64,000 bases of DNA from Clostridia bacterium (GCA_045537695.1 JAZSQB010000027.1:11288-75287), one strand, 5' to 3'; shown: positions 1 through 9,153, counted from the stretch's first letter. Notes: a model not told the origin generated them from the letters alone. Made by a program: numbers and translations.

Positions 1-1059
1 GGAAAATTTGTTTCTCTGCGCCACCGTTGCGATGCCGGTTTTCTCGTCATAGTCCAAAATAAAGCCGACAATATCATAATCGCGGATATAGGAGCTGTTT
101 TCATACACCTGCGAGTTTTCGTCCGTTTTGCCAAAGTAAAAACCGGTGCAGTACGGGCGGTGGCTGACCTTTAACACTTCGTTTAAAGCTTCTATGTCAA
201 ATACATAATTTTCCGGATCTGCAAAGTAGCGGTCAATCTCTCTGCGATAGGCGTTGACCACCGTCGCAACATAGTATTCACTCTTAACTCTGCCTTCAAT
301 TTTAAAGCTTGTAATGCCGCTCTTGACCAACTCCGGAATATGCGCAATCATATTTAAATCTTTGGAGTTAAATATAAATGTCCCGTTGTCGCTTTCCGAA
401 ATTTCCATATATTCGCCCGGGCGTTTTTCTTCTACCAACGCATACTTCCAGCGGCACGGCTGTGCGCACGCGCCTAAGTTTGCATCGCGCTTGGTTAAGT
501 AGTTACTTAAAAGGCATCTGCCCGAATAGGAAATGCACATCGCGCCATGCACAAAGGCTTCCAGTTCCAAATCTGCCGGTGTCTTTTCACGAATTTCCTG
601 AATTTCCGTAAACGAAAGCTCTCTTGCAAGCACAACACGCTCCGCACCAAGCTCGTGCCAGGTACGCACAGTCTCGTAGTTTACGTTGTTTGCCTGCGTC
701 GATACATGCACGCTCATTTCCGGATGCAGTCTGCGCACCATCGAAAACAGGCCCAAATCTGCAACAATCACCGCATCCGCGCCGATTTCGCAGAGCATAT
801 CTAAGTAATCTTCAAATCCATGCAGCTGCGCGTTGTGCGGAATAATATTGACGGTCACATAAACCTTCACGCCACGCTCGTGCGCAAAGCGAATACCCTC
901 CTCCATCTGTGCGCGCTCGAAATTTTTGGAAGCGACACGAAGACCAAAGCTTTCGCCGCCGATGTATACGGCATCTGCGCCGTAGAGCACAGCCATTTTC
1001 AGTTTTTCCAAATCGCCTGCCGGAGCAAGCAGTTCCGGTTTCGTCATACTGTTTTTCAT
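1..1059 (-). CDS. Peptidase U32 family protein (tRNA hydroxylation TrhP/YrrO-like), runs off the window's left edge
   Basis: Manual translation of the - strand: (MKNS)MTKPELLAPAGDLEKLKMAVLYGADAVYIGG..., later ISYSGRCLLSNY and SLKIEGRVKSEYY, typical U32 motifs. Follows the O-methyltransferase as in the B. subtilis yrrL-yrrM-yrrN/O cluster. Start may be 1047. Confidence 0.88.
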   Translation of the reverse strand, partial: MKNSMTKPELLAPAGDLEKLKMAVLYGADAVYIGGESFGLRVASKNFERAQMEEGIRFAHERGVKVYVTVNIIPHNAQLHGFEDYLDMLCEIGADAVIVADLGLFSMVRRLHPEMSVHVSTQANNVNYETVRTWHELGAERVVLARELSFTEIQEIREKTPADLELEAFVHGAMCISYSGRCLLSNYLTKRDANLGACAQPCRWKYALVEEKRPGEYMEISESDNGTFIFNSKDLNMIAHIPELVKSGITSFKIEGRVKSEYYVATVVNAYRREIDRYFADPENYVFDIEALNEVLKVSHRPYCTGFYFGKTDENSQVYENSSYIRDYDIVGFILDYDEKTGIATVAQRNKFS

Positions 1060-1062
1060 CCT

Positions 1063-1716
1063 TTATAGTTTATACGAAAGTGAAACGCCGTCGCCAATAG
1101 AGAGCAAGCTCGTCTTCAACTCCGGTGCATCGCAAAGCGCCGCAATGTATTTTTTCAGTCGCTTCACAATCGTGATTTTTCTTCGAATCAGCAACGCACG
1201 GTTTGCCACCATGCCGCCGTATAAAATATTATCGCTTACCAGTACGCCGCCGGATTTTAACAGGCGGATGCACTCCGGCAAGAAGTATATGTAATGCGAC
1301 TTTGCCGCATCCATAAAAATCATATCAAAGCTATCTTCTAATGTTTTTAAATATTCTTCCGCGTCTGCTTCCACAACCGTAATCTGCGCAGACAAGCCTG
1401 CTTTTTCAATATTTTCGCGCGCAAGATTTGCCATCGCTTCATCGCGCTCGACAGATACAATTTGTGCACCGGTCGGCATATTGGCATGCATTAAAATCGC
1501 GCTGTAGCCAATCGCCGTACCGATTTCCAGCACGCGCATCGGCTTTTGCATTCTGCAGATGGTTTCCAAAAATGACGCAACCTCTTTTTGCACAATCGGC
1601 ACGCCGTTTTTGTGTGCATAGCTTTCAAGATCTGCTAAAATGCCGGTGCTCGGCTTTAGCGTGTCGCGGATATAATCTATAATATAATTGTGTGTAATCT
1701 GTTCTTCAAACGGCAT
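1063..1716 (-). CDS. O-methyltransferase (TrmR/YrrM-like)
   Basis: VLEIGTAIGYSA SAM motif, FDMIFMDAAK and DNILYGG; sits between mltG and U32. Confidence 0.85.
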   Translation of the reverse strand: MPFEEQITHNYIIDYIRDTLKPSTGILADLESYAHKNGVPIVQKEVASFLETICRMQKPMRVLEIGTAIGYSAILMHANMPTGAQIVSVERDEAMANLARENIEKAGLSAQITVVEADAEEYLKTLEDSFDMIFMDAAKSHYIYFLPECIRLLKSGGVLVSDNILYGGMVANRALLIRRKITIVKRLKKYIAALCDAPELKTSLLSIGDGVSLSYKL

Positions 1717-1721
1717 TTATA

Positions 1722-2744
1722 TCACCCTTGAATTTCTTTTTTCATCGCTTCGTGCTGCTGCAGCGTTTCCGCATAGTAGATTTTGCCGTCCGCATCCGAC
1801 TGGAAATAGTAATCCTTCGTATCTGCCGGATACAGCGCCGCCTCTATCGCCGCTTTGCCCGGATTGCATATCGGACCGATTGGCAACCCCTGATTTATAT
1901 ACGTGTTGTACGGCGAATCTATCTGCGTGTCCGCCAGGGATAAAATCGGCTTTTTCTCGCCCAATAGATACTGCACGGATGCGCAAGACTGCAAATACGG
2001 AAATACCGACGGCTTGTTTAAGCGGTTATGAAACACCGCCGACACCTTGGTGCGGTCATTTACGCTGCTCGCCTCGCTTTCAATCAGCGATGCCAGCGTT
2101 AAAATTTCATCATCTGTATAGCCAAGTTCTTCTGCGCGTGCCCGATACGTATCGGTATACACTTGCGCAAAGCGGTCAAGCATCAATTCAATAATCTTAG
2201 ATGCCTTCATGGTGTTGGAGATATTGTATGTGTCCGGAAACAAATACCCCTCTAACGGATTTTCGCGCTCGACTGCCTTTAAAAACGGATAGTCATAGGC
2301 TTGCGCCAGTGCCGCCGTAAATTCTTCGTCCGTAATATAGCCGGTTTCGGTCACAATTCTCTGAATATCCTGGAGGGTCGACCCTTCCGGCACCGTAATA
2401 TCTGTGGTACGATAACCGCTGTCATACGTTAGCGTATTGATAATTGCATTGTAGCCGTCCCCCGTATCAAACGTAAACGTCGCGGCATAAAAACGGTCAT
2501 CCACGCCCTTCAGCTTCGCCACTGTGCGAAACAGAAACGGACTTTTGATGACTTTTGCTTCATTTAATATTACACTAACGCGTGTAGCATTTGCATCCGC
2601 CTGCGAAAGTCCCAGCGTGTACGGTCCACTCTTTTGAAAAATGCCAAACACATCTGCCGCAAGCCCACCCAGATGCACAAGCAGCACGGCAGCAAGCAAA
2701 ATAATCCCCAGCATGCAAAGCCGATAATATTTCCATTTTTTCAT
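1722..2744 (-). CDS. mltG: Endolytic transglycosylase MltG
   Basis: N-terminal TM, LEGYLFPDTY, LASLIESEA, SPYNTY..GLPIGPICNPG. Start taken at MKKWK (RBS GAGGA). Confidence 0.92.
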   Translation of the reverse strand: MKKWKYYRLCMLGIILLAAVLLVHLGGLAADVFGIFQKSGPYTLGLSQADANATRVSVILNEAKVIKSPFLFRTVAKLKGVDDRFYAATFTFDTGDGYNAIINTLTYDSGYRTTDITVPEGSTLQDIQRIVTETGYITDEEFTAALAQAYDYPFLKAVERENPLEGYLFPDTYNISNTMKASKIIELMLDRFAQVYTDTYRARAEELGYTDDEILTLASLIESEASSVNDRTKVSAVFHNRLNKPSVFPYLQSCASVQYLLGEKKPILSLADTQIDSPYNTYINQGLPIGPICNPGKAAIEAALYPADTKDYYFQSDADGKIYYAETLQQHEAMKKEIQG

Positions 2745-2752
2745 AATCTTCC

Positions 2753-3346
2753 TCACATTTCCCGTCTGCCTTCCATGGCGCGAAGCAGCGTCACTTCATC
2801 GGCATACTCCAGGTCGCCGCCGACCGGAATACCGTGCGCAATACGCGTCACCTTCACGCCGAGCGGCTTTAAAAGCTTGCAAAGATACATCGCGGTTGCT
2901 TCGCCCTGCACCGTCGGATTGGTCGCCATAATGACCTCCTGCACCGTCCCGTCGGAAAGACGCTTTAAAAGCGGCGCAATCTTTAATTCATCCGGACCAA
3001 TACCGTCCATCGGCGAAAGCGCGCCGTGGAGCACGTGGTAAAGACCATTGTATTCGCGCACCTTTTCCATCGCCGCCACGTCTTTGGGCGACTCCACCAC
3101 GCAAATCACACTGCTGTCACGCTCTGTATCCGCACAGATTTCGCACGGCGAACGGTCCGTCAGATTCTGGCAAAAATCGCAGAATACGACCTTTTCCTTT
3201 GCCTCTGCAATGGCATCGCACATATCCTCTGCGTATTTTTTCGGCATCTGCAGCACGTGAAAAGCAATGCGCTCTGCCGATTTTCTGCCGATGCCCGGTA
3301 ATTTTTCAAACTGTTCTATTAACTTTTCAATCGTTGGTGCATGCAT
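2753..3346 (-). CDS. recR: Recombination mediator RecR
   Basis: [13 protein letters not shown] HhH, C4 zinc finger, TOPRIM YHVLHG...[12 protein letters not shown]. Confidence 0.97.
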   Translation of the reverse strand: MHAPTIEKLIEQFEKLPGIGRKSAERIAFHVLQMPKKYAEDMCDAIAEAKEKVVFCDFCQNLTDRSPCEICADTERDSSVICVVESPKDVAAMEKVREYNGLYHVLHGALSPMDGIGPDELKIAPLLKRLSDGTVQEVIMATNPTVQGEATAMYLCKLLKPLGVKVTRIAHGIPVGGDLEYADEVTLLRAMEGRREM

Positions 3347-3425
3347 AATATAAATCCTTTGTGTTTATCTTTGTCGAGGCATTCTGGGCACATTTCCCAA
3401 GCAAAGTATGCTGACAGATTATACA

Positions 3426-3480
3426 ATCCCTCAGTCTTTTGCTTCGCAAAATCCAGCTCCCTTTACACAAGTGAGCCTTA
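3426..3480. repeat. CCCTCAG...CAGCTCCC double-hairpin intergenic repeat (copy 1)
   Basis: aatccctcagtc-ttttgc ttcg caaaa-tccagctcccttt acac aagtgagc; same architecture as 14869-14921 and 28960-29008. Confidence 0.65.
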
Positions 3481-3506
3481 ACTTACCTCAAATTTCCCTA
3501 TCTATT

Positions 3507-3698
3507 TTAAAGTGGGAATTTGGATGCAGCGCAAGGCACAGACGGTAGCACAGTGCGTTGGTACGCTCTGACGGCTACAACGCCACATCACATATATTTT
3601 AAGCGAAAATCAGATGCACGACGTGGCGTAAACAATGACACAGTACGCAGGTACGGGTCATCGTTTACAACGAAGTATTGCGCCGATTTTACCTTTAA
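3507..3698. repeat. Two tandem units (one partial, one full) of a ~100-bp bulged-hairpin repeat
   Basis: Cores GCACAGTGCGTTGGTACG and ACACAGTACGCAGGTACGGG, flanked by (A/T)GGC and AACG. Homologous to 29032-29228. Terminal TTAA overlaps the ybaB stop codon. Confidence 0.8.
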
Positions 3699-4036
3699 AA
3701 CAAGCCTGGGATGCTCATGCCGCCCGTCAACTTCCCCATCGTGCCGGCTGCAAGCTCATCTGCCTGACGCATAGCCTCATTAACTGCGCTTAAAATCAAA
3801 TCCTCGAGGGTTTCTACATCATCCGGGTCAACGGCTTCCGGACTGATTTTGATTGCCATAAGCTCTTTTTTACCGTTGATGGTTACGGTGACAGCACCGC
3901 CGCCGGCAGATGCTTCGAGTGTTTTTTCTTCTATTTCCGCTTGCGCTTTGAGCATTTCTTCCTGCATCTTCTGCGCTTGCTTAATCATTTGGTTCATGTT
4001 GCCCATACCAGGCATACCGCCTCTGAATTTTGCCAT
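3695..4036 (-). CDS. ybaB: YbaB/EbfC nucleoid-associated protein
   Basis: [13 protein letters not shown]...[10 protein letters not shown]...[12 protein letters not shown]; conserved dnaX-ybaB-recR synteny. Confidence 0.95.
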   Translation of the reverse strand: MAKFRGGMPGMGNMNQMIKQAQKMQEEMLKAQAEIEEKTLEASAGGGAVTVTINGKKELMAIKISPEAVDPDDVETLEDLILSAVNEAMRQADELAAGTMGKLTGGMSIPGLF

Positions 4037-4064
4037 TGCTATACTCTCCTTTTATTTTAACTTG

Positions 4065-5771
4065 TTATTCATCAAATGAAATGTCATCACCGGCGAATTG
4101 CATCAGTGCGTCGAGCGGGTCTGCCTCTTCGGTCGGTTGTGGTGCTGGTTCGCTGTTCTGTACGGTGATTTGCGATGCAGATTCCTGCAGCGCATCGAAT
4201 TCGTTATCGGAAAGATACTTGACGCGCAGAGGCATACCGCAAACCTGCGTCGTCGCTTTCTTTAAATCGTCCGCAAGGCTTTCCACAATCGTTTTGATGT
4301 AGAACTCATTGCGCATATACAAACTGTCGTCTGCGATTTTAACCTGCTTGCTGGAAAGGGCACCGTAAAGTGGCGGACTTTGTTTTTTTAGAATGGTTAA
4401 AATCTCACCCCACGCGGATGCGCCGCTTGCTTTGGGTGCAGACGGCATCGGTTTTGGCTGTGGTGCAGGCTTTTCTGCCGGTGCGGCAGGTGCTTCCGGC
4501 ATCGGTGGTTCTTCCCACGGCGGCATTTCCTCCGCAGGCGGCGCCGGCTCTATCGGTTGCGGCGCCGGTGTCGACCAAACAGGTCTTTCCATCGCCTGCG
4601 GTGCAACGCGCACCGGTGCTCCGCCGGAAAGCTGCGCCTCCAGCGCTTCAATACGCGCAAGCAAGCCTGCTGTGGTCGAATCAAAATTCTCATCACACAG
4701 ACGAATAAATGCCAGCTCATACACCACGCGCACACTCTTTGCCGTTTTTGCATCAGCAACCGCCGCTGTCAGCGTATCAATACAATAGGCAATCCACGCC
4801 GGTGTAAACATCTTTTTCTGCTGTTCAATCACAGAAAGAATATCCGCGCCGCAATCGAACAGCCTGTCCGGCTCTTTACAAATGCCGAAAACCAATATAT
4901 CACGCAGACGCTGAATAATGCGGTCTGTAAAATTTGTCAAATCCTTACCATTGGCAACCGTTTGCGCCAGAATTTCCAGTGCCTTTGCCGTATCCTTTGC
5001 AGCAAAAGCTGCGATGCAGTCATCAAGCAGCGTATCGGAAGCCACGCCCAAAACACGCTCTACACTTTCGCGCGTAATTTTCTCTGCCGAAGCACTGATG
5101 CACTGGTCAAGCATGCTGAGCGCATCGCGCATACCGCCGTCTGCCAGGCGGGCAATCAGTTCAAGCGCTTCGACCTCTGCATCGACATTTTCCGCCGTCA
5201 CAATCTGCCGTAAACGGATGGTAATATCGTGCACGCTGATGCGCTTAAAATCGAATCGCTGACAGCGCGACGTAATCGTCGGCGGTAGCTTATGCGCCTC
5301 TGTCGTTGCTAAAATAAACACAACGTACGGGGGCGGCTCTTCCAGCGTTTTTAAAAGCGCATTGAAAGCACCCGCCGAGAGCATATGTACCTCGTCTATA
5401 ATATAAATCTTATATTTTGCCTGTGCCGCACTGTAGGAAACCTCGTCACGGATTTCACGGATATTGTCTACGCCGTTATTGGATGCCGCGTCGATTTCCA
5501 CGATATCGAGCACACTGCCGTCCGTCACGCCCTTACAAATACTACATTCGTTACAAGGATTGGCATCCTGCGGATTTTCACAGTTGATTGCTCTTGCAAA
5601 TATTTTTGCGCAGGAGGTCTTACCGGTACCGCGCGTGCCGCAAAACAAATAAGCATGCGCTGTTTTACCGGACAGTATTTCATTTTTCAGCGTGGAAACA
5701 ATATGATTCTGCCCAATTACATCATCAAAGGTCTGCGGTCTCCACTTTCGGTACAATGCCTGATATGCCAT
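4065..5771 (-). CDS. dnaX: DNA polymerase III subunit gamma/tau
   Basis: ALYRKWRPQTF, GTRGTGKT Walker A, IIDEVHML, SRCQRF; Pro/Ala-rich linker. Confidence 0.97.
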   Translation of the reverse strand: MAYQALYRKWRPQTFDDVIGQNHIVSTLKNEILSGKTAHAYLFCGTRGTGKTSCAKIFARAINCENPQDANPCNECSICKGVTDGSVLDIVEIDAASNNGVDNIREIRDEVSYSAAQAKYKIYIIDEVHMLSAGAFNALLKTLEEPPPYVVFILATTEAHKLPPTITSRCQRFDFKRISVHDITIRLRQIVTAENVDAEVEALELIARLADGGMRDALSMLDQCISASAEKITRESVERVLGVASDTLLDDCIAAFAAKDTAKALEILAQTVANGKDLTNFTDRIIQRLRDILVFGICKEPDRLFDCGADILSVIEQQKKMFTPAWIAYCIDTLTAAVADAKTAKSVRVVYELAFIRLCDENFDSTTAGLLARIEALEAQLSGGAPVRVAPQAMERPVWSTPAPQPIEPAPPAEEMPPWEEPPMPEAPAAPAEKPAPQPKPMPSAPKASGASAWGEILTILKKQSPPLYGALSSKQVKIADDSLYMRNEFYIKTIVESLADDLKKATTQVCGMPLRVKYLSDNEFDALQESASQITVQNSEPAPQPTEEADPLDALMQFAGDDISFDE

Positions 5772-5808
5772 TGTTTTTCCTCCTGTGTTTTTTCAAAATG
5801 ATAAAAAA

Positions 5809-6080
5809 AGTCATACAGCTCTGCTTCGAAGTCGGTTTTCCATGCGGTAAGTCTGCCGATGACTCAGCCCCGGCACCCCCGTATCACACCCAGTGCACCG
5901 CTTATTGCTGCTCGGTTCCCCGCCTGACAAGGTTCACGGGTCTCGGTCGCACAGGACCAAAGCCTCATTGCCATCCAAAACAAACGCCTGCCATACAAAA
6001 CCGCTCCTCGGCAGAGCATTCACCCTTGCTATAGCGGATTGCAAGTTCAGGGTACCGCTACCACCCCGGCTAGTACGACT
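5809..6080 (-). ncRNA. ffs: Large (Bacillus/Clostridium-type, Alu-containing) SRP RNA
   Basis: - strand has TCAGGCGG-GGAA-CCGAGCAGC (helix 8 motif) and a 5' Alu-like GGGGTGGTAGCGGTACCCTG...CAATCCGCTA. The ends pair (AGTCGTAC/GTATGACT). Located directly upstream of dnaX. Confidence 0.92.
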
Positions 6081-6085
6081 TATAT

Positions 6086-6114
6086 ATTATACCCTATTTT
6101 TTTGATTTGTGCAA
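6086..6114 (-). promoter_or_regulatory. sigmaA promoter of SRP RNA
   Basis: TTGCAC-17 nt-TATAAT immediately before the RNA 5' end. Confidence 0.7.
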
Positions 6115-6188
6115 CTAATTTTTGCTTTTTTATAATTAGAAAATTTATAGCAACAACCGGATAGGAATGTCACTTTAAATTTGTTGTT

Positions 6189-6716
6189 TTACTTCACCTG
6201 TACATACTGTCCCATAAACAGAATTTCGCCGTTTGTGTTGTCGCGTACCCATTTGTTGATTTCCTGCACAGCACTGTTTTTTGGCACTGTCGCAACCGGT
6301 GCATTATAATATGTACGCATCCGCTCTGCATACGTTTCCGAAACGGTTGCATCTTCTTTTAGCACCCACACACCGTTTGCAAGGTGCAACTGCATCAACT
6401 CTTCCATTTTGTATATCTCCAAAAGCTTTTCAAGCCTCTGATTATATACCTCCAGGTCCTGTATCCCCAGCGCATCCAAAATTTCTTGTCTGGTTTCGTC
6501 CTGCGCACCGTTTGCAACCATCGCAAACGCACTTTGTATGGAAAGCGGCGAAAACATATAATTCTCATTTTTCGGCATCAGCTTGTTTACATCATCCGCA
6601 AAAAATGCACTATGCTCTACTTGCGTATCAGTAGTCTTCCATAGGGTTTCTTTTTCACAACCGGTAATGCACAATAGCATACAAACGCATAAAACAGCCG
6701 CAACCCATTTTTTCAT
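6189..6716 (-). pseudogene. Serpin-family lipoprotein with a large in-frame internal deletion (no reactive-centre loop)
   Basis: Lipobox (CITGC), NYMFSPLSI..AMVANGA, INKWV, then directly the serpin C-terminal RDNTNGEILFMG motif. Only 175 aa. Confidence 0.75.
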
Positions 6717-6750
6717 AGAAAGACCTCCTTGTTTTCATGCTCTGCCACTA

Positions 6751-6777
6751 TAGACGCATTTTGCTTACAAAAGTTCC
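6751..6777 (-). promoter_or_regulatory. Candidate ECF-sigma promoter of the serpin gene
   Basis: GGAAC-16 nt-CGTCTA, 35 nt upstream of the ATG, with AAGGAGG RBS. Confidence 0.6.
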
Positions 6778-6788
6778 CAAAATGCACA

Positions 6789-6812
6789 AAAAGCCGGTTT
6801 GCACCGGCTTTT
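6789..6812 (-). terminator. Intrinsic terminator after the ECF S-component gene
   Basis: aaaagccggt-ttgc-accggctttt. Confidence 0.7.
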
Positions 6813-6814
6813 CT

Positions 6815-7411
6815 TTAATTCTTCTTTAAAAATACTAACAGTGCCTTCGACACCGCTGTGGCAATAACACCGCAGGTAAGAACCTCCGCAATACCGTTGG
6901 ATAAAAACACACCCCAGATAAACAACCACGCGCTTTTGCCTGCCGCAATCTGCTGAAAAACCGGTGTGCTTGAAAACAGCAATACCAGCGTGCCCAAAAA
7001 CAGAACGGTATTTAAAAGCGGTGCTGCAATGCTACCGAGAATTACACTAAATACATTATCACCAACTACCTTCTTTGCGCCCACATAGGACAAACCGCAA
7101 AGCCAGCCCATCAGCACGCGCGGCACAATACAAAGCACCATTGTGCCAAAAACATTATAATTAAACAGAAGCGTTGTCATACCGCCGCTGCCGGAAATCG
7201 CACTCCACGCGCTGGTCAAGCCAAAAACCAGACCCAATACGGCCCCCGCCGTCGGACCCATCGTCACCGCACAAACCGCAATCGGCACCGTCAGAATCGT
7301 CACATTGAGAATCGGGGTTTTAATATAGCCGAGACCGGTCATGGTCATCAAAAGCAAAATTGCTGCAAAAAACGTCACTCTCATCCAGTACTGCAAATTT
7401 TTATTTTTCAT
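6815..7411 (-). CDS. ECF transporter S component (PanT-like)
   Basis: LGYI..P..NVTILTVP, GLVFGLTS, IVPRVLMG, LNTVLFL, NGIAE. Start at MKNKNLQ after a GGAGGGG RBS. Confidence 0.85.
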   Translation of the reverse strand: MKNKNLQYWMRVTFFAAILLLMTMTGLGYIKTPILNVTILTVPIAVCAVTMGPTAGAVLGLVFGLTSAWSAISGSGGMTTLLFNYNVFGTMVLCIVPRVLMGWLCGLSYVGAKKVVGDNVFSVILGSIAAPLLNTVLFLGTLVLLFSSTPVFQQIAAGKSAWLFIWGVFLSNGIAEVLTCGVIATAVSKALLVFLKKN

Positions 7412-7629
7412 ATTGTCCCCTCCTGCTGCTATACTACCACCTTTTTCGCAAAAAATCAAGCCCATCCAGACATTTCTTGGAACAAATGCCAAATTTCGTC
7501 GTTTAGTAAGATATAAACAATTTGTGAATTTGCCGAAACCCTCTGTTTTGGTGGTTGACAGAAAAACAAACAAGGTGCTATAATATTTTTGCTAGAGTAT
7601 GCTTAATTAGTTTTAGTTAGATACATATT

Positions 7630-9153
7630 ATGGAAACGGAGGCCTTGGACTTGAAGCAAAAGGAAGTCATTTTTAATTCTTTTCCAAACGATGCAAGCAA
7701 ATCCGGTGGGGAAAACACAGATACCTCTACCACCATTCGCTTTAATGCAATAAAATCAACGGATGCATTTGATGTTGAAAGTGTATATACGCCGCGTACG
7801 CGCGCCGGCGCAGCAACAAGAACAACCAGTCGCAGAAGGACAACAACGCGTGCGCGTCAATCCGGCAAATCCAAAAAGGCAGATTTATCCCGGCTGAAAA
7901 CAATGACGAAAAGGAAGAAAATCACTTTTTTAATTGTCAGCGTTCTTTTGCTCTTCTTTTTAATCAGCAGTTGCAAATTCCTGTTTTTGCTGGGTAATCC
8001 GCTTATTGGCGGCGATATTGACGAAGAAATTAAAAAGGCACAGGACGCAGTTAAGAATGATATGGTATCCGTTCTGCTGATCGGCACAGACGGCGGTGGC
8101 TACAATACAGATACCATTATGCTTGCCGTAATGAACTGCAAAAGCAAGGAAATCAGCTTAATTTCCATTCCGCGTGATACACGCGTGCCGAATCCGTACG
8201 GTGGCAGCGGGTATGCAAAAATCAACTCCGTCTATGCCGCAAAGGGTATGGCAGGTTTAATTTCGCAAGTCAAAGCAGTTACCGGTATGCCGGTCAACTT
8301 CTATGCGATGATTGACTTTGAAGGTTTCAGAGAAGCCATTGACGTTTTGGGCGGTGTTGAATTTAATGTGCCGCAGCGTATGAAGTATTATGACCCTGTG
8401 CAGGATTTAAATATCGATTTATATCCGGGTGTGCAAATCCTCGACGGTGACAAAGCGGAGCAGCTCGTGCGTTGCCGAAACATATACGCGCAGGCTGACC
8501 TTGCCAGAACAGAAGTGCAACGCAATTTTATCAAAGCAACAATTGAACAGCATGCAACTGTCGCAAATCTGACGAAACTCGGCGACCTGTATAAAACCCT
8601 GGAGCCGTATGTAAAAACAAGTGTGACGCTGGGCGATGCACTCAAGTACGGCGCTTCCGTAACCGGCGTAAAATCCGACCGCATTTATTCTTATATGTTG
8701 CCGGGCGCTGCTGGTTCTTACGGTTCAAAGAACATTTCTTATTTCATCTATGATGCAGAAGAAGTCAAGGCACTCGCAAACGAGATTGGGTACGGCGAGG
8801 TAGAGGTTGTAAGACTGCCGGCACCGACAATGTCCAGCGATAAAAAGGCCGAAATTCCTGAAGAAGAGGAAGATAAAAAAGAGGATACGAAAGAAGATAG
8901 CAAGGATAAAGACGATACCTCTAAAACCGATAGTGATGAAAACAAAAAAGAACCTGCCGATGCAGAAGATAAGAAGGATGAAAAGCCGGATACTTCCCCG
9001 AAGGATCCAACTGCAGAAATGCAAAAGCCCCAGTCTCCTGCAGAACATCCGGCAGATACGCAAAAACCAATCCCTGGTCCGAAACCACAACCGCAACCGT
9101 CCCCGACGCCGACGCAGCCGGTGGATCAGACACAAGTGCCGGACGGAATTTAA
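7630..9153 (+). CDS. LCP (LytR-CpsA-Psr) family cell-wall ligase with a low-complexity D/E/K and P/Q tail
   Basis: TM, LLIGTD..NTDTIML, ISIPRDT, KINSVY, DLARTEVQRNFI. Confidence 0.92.
   Translation: METEALDLKQKEVIFNSFPNDASKSGGENTDTSTTIRFNAIKSTDAFDVESVYTPRTRAGAATRTTSRRRTTTRARQSGKSKKADLSRLKTMTKRKKITFLIVSVLLLFFLISSCKFLFLLGNPLIGGDIDEEIKKAQDAVKNDMVSVLLIGTDGGGYNTDTIMLAVMNCKSKEISLISIPRDTRVPNPYGGSGYAKINSVYAAKGMAGLISQVKAVTGMPVNFYAMIDFEGFREAIDVLGGVEFNVPQRMKYYDPVQDLNIDLYPGVQILDGDKAEQLVRCRNIYAQADLARTEVQRNFIKATIEQHATVANLTKLGDLYKTLEPYVKTSVTLGDALKYGASVTGVKSDRIYSYMLPGAAGSYGSKNISYFIYDAEEVKALANEIGYGEVEVVRLPAPTMSSDKKAEIPEEEEDKKEDTKEDSKDKDDTSKTDSDENKKEPADAEDKKDEKPDTSPKDPTAEMQKPQSPAEHPADTQKPIPGPKPQPQPSPTPTQPVDQTQVPDGI

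Noticed and set aside
3598-3698. 100-bp units as true integron attC cassettes
   Set aside because: No integron integrase is present, adjacent genes are core housekeeping genes, and canonical RYYYAAC/GTTRRRY ends are absent. Kept only as a structural analogy.
3520-3774. ORFs 3520-3774 and 29138-29779 begin with similar peptides (TVRWY), suggesting a gene family
   Set aside because: The similarity is just translation of the shared DNA repeat. Both run antisense into essential genes and lack an RBS.
4065-5771. Programmed frameshift in dnaX (gamma/tau)
   Set aside because: I saw no convincing slippery heptamer with a downstream hairpin by eye; not supported.
8830-9150. Low-complexity D/E/K and P/Q coding tract in LCP, and the Pro-rich dnaX linker
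   Set aside because: Ordinary disordered protein linkers with no exact DNA repeat unit.
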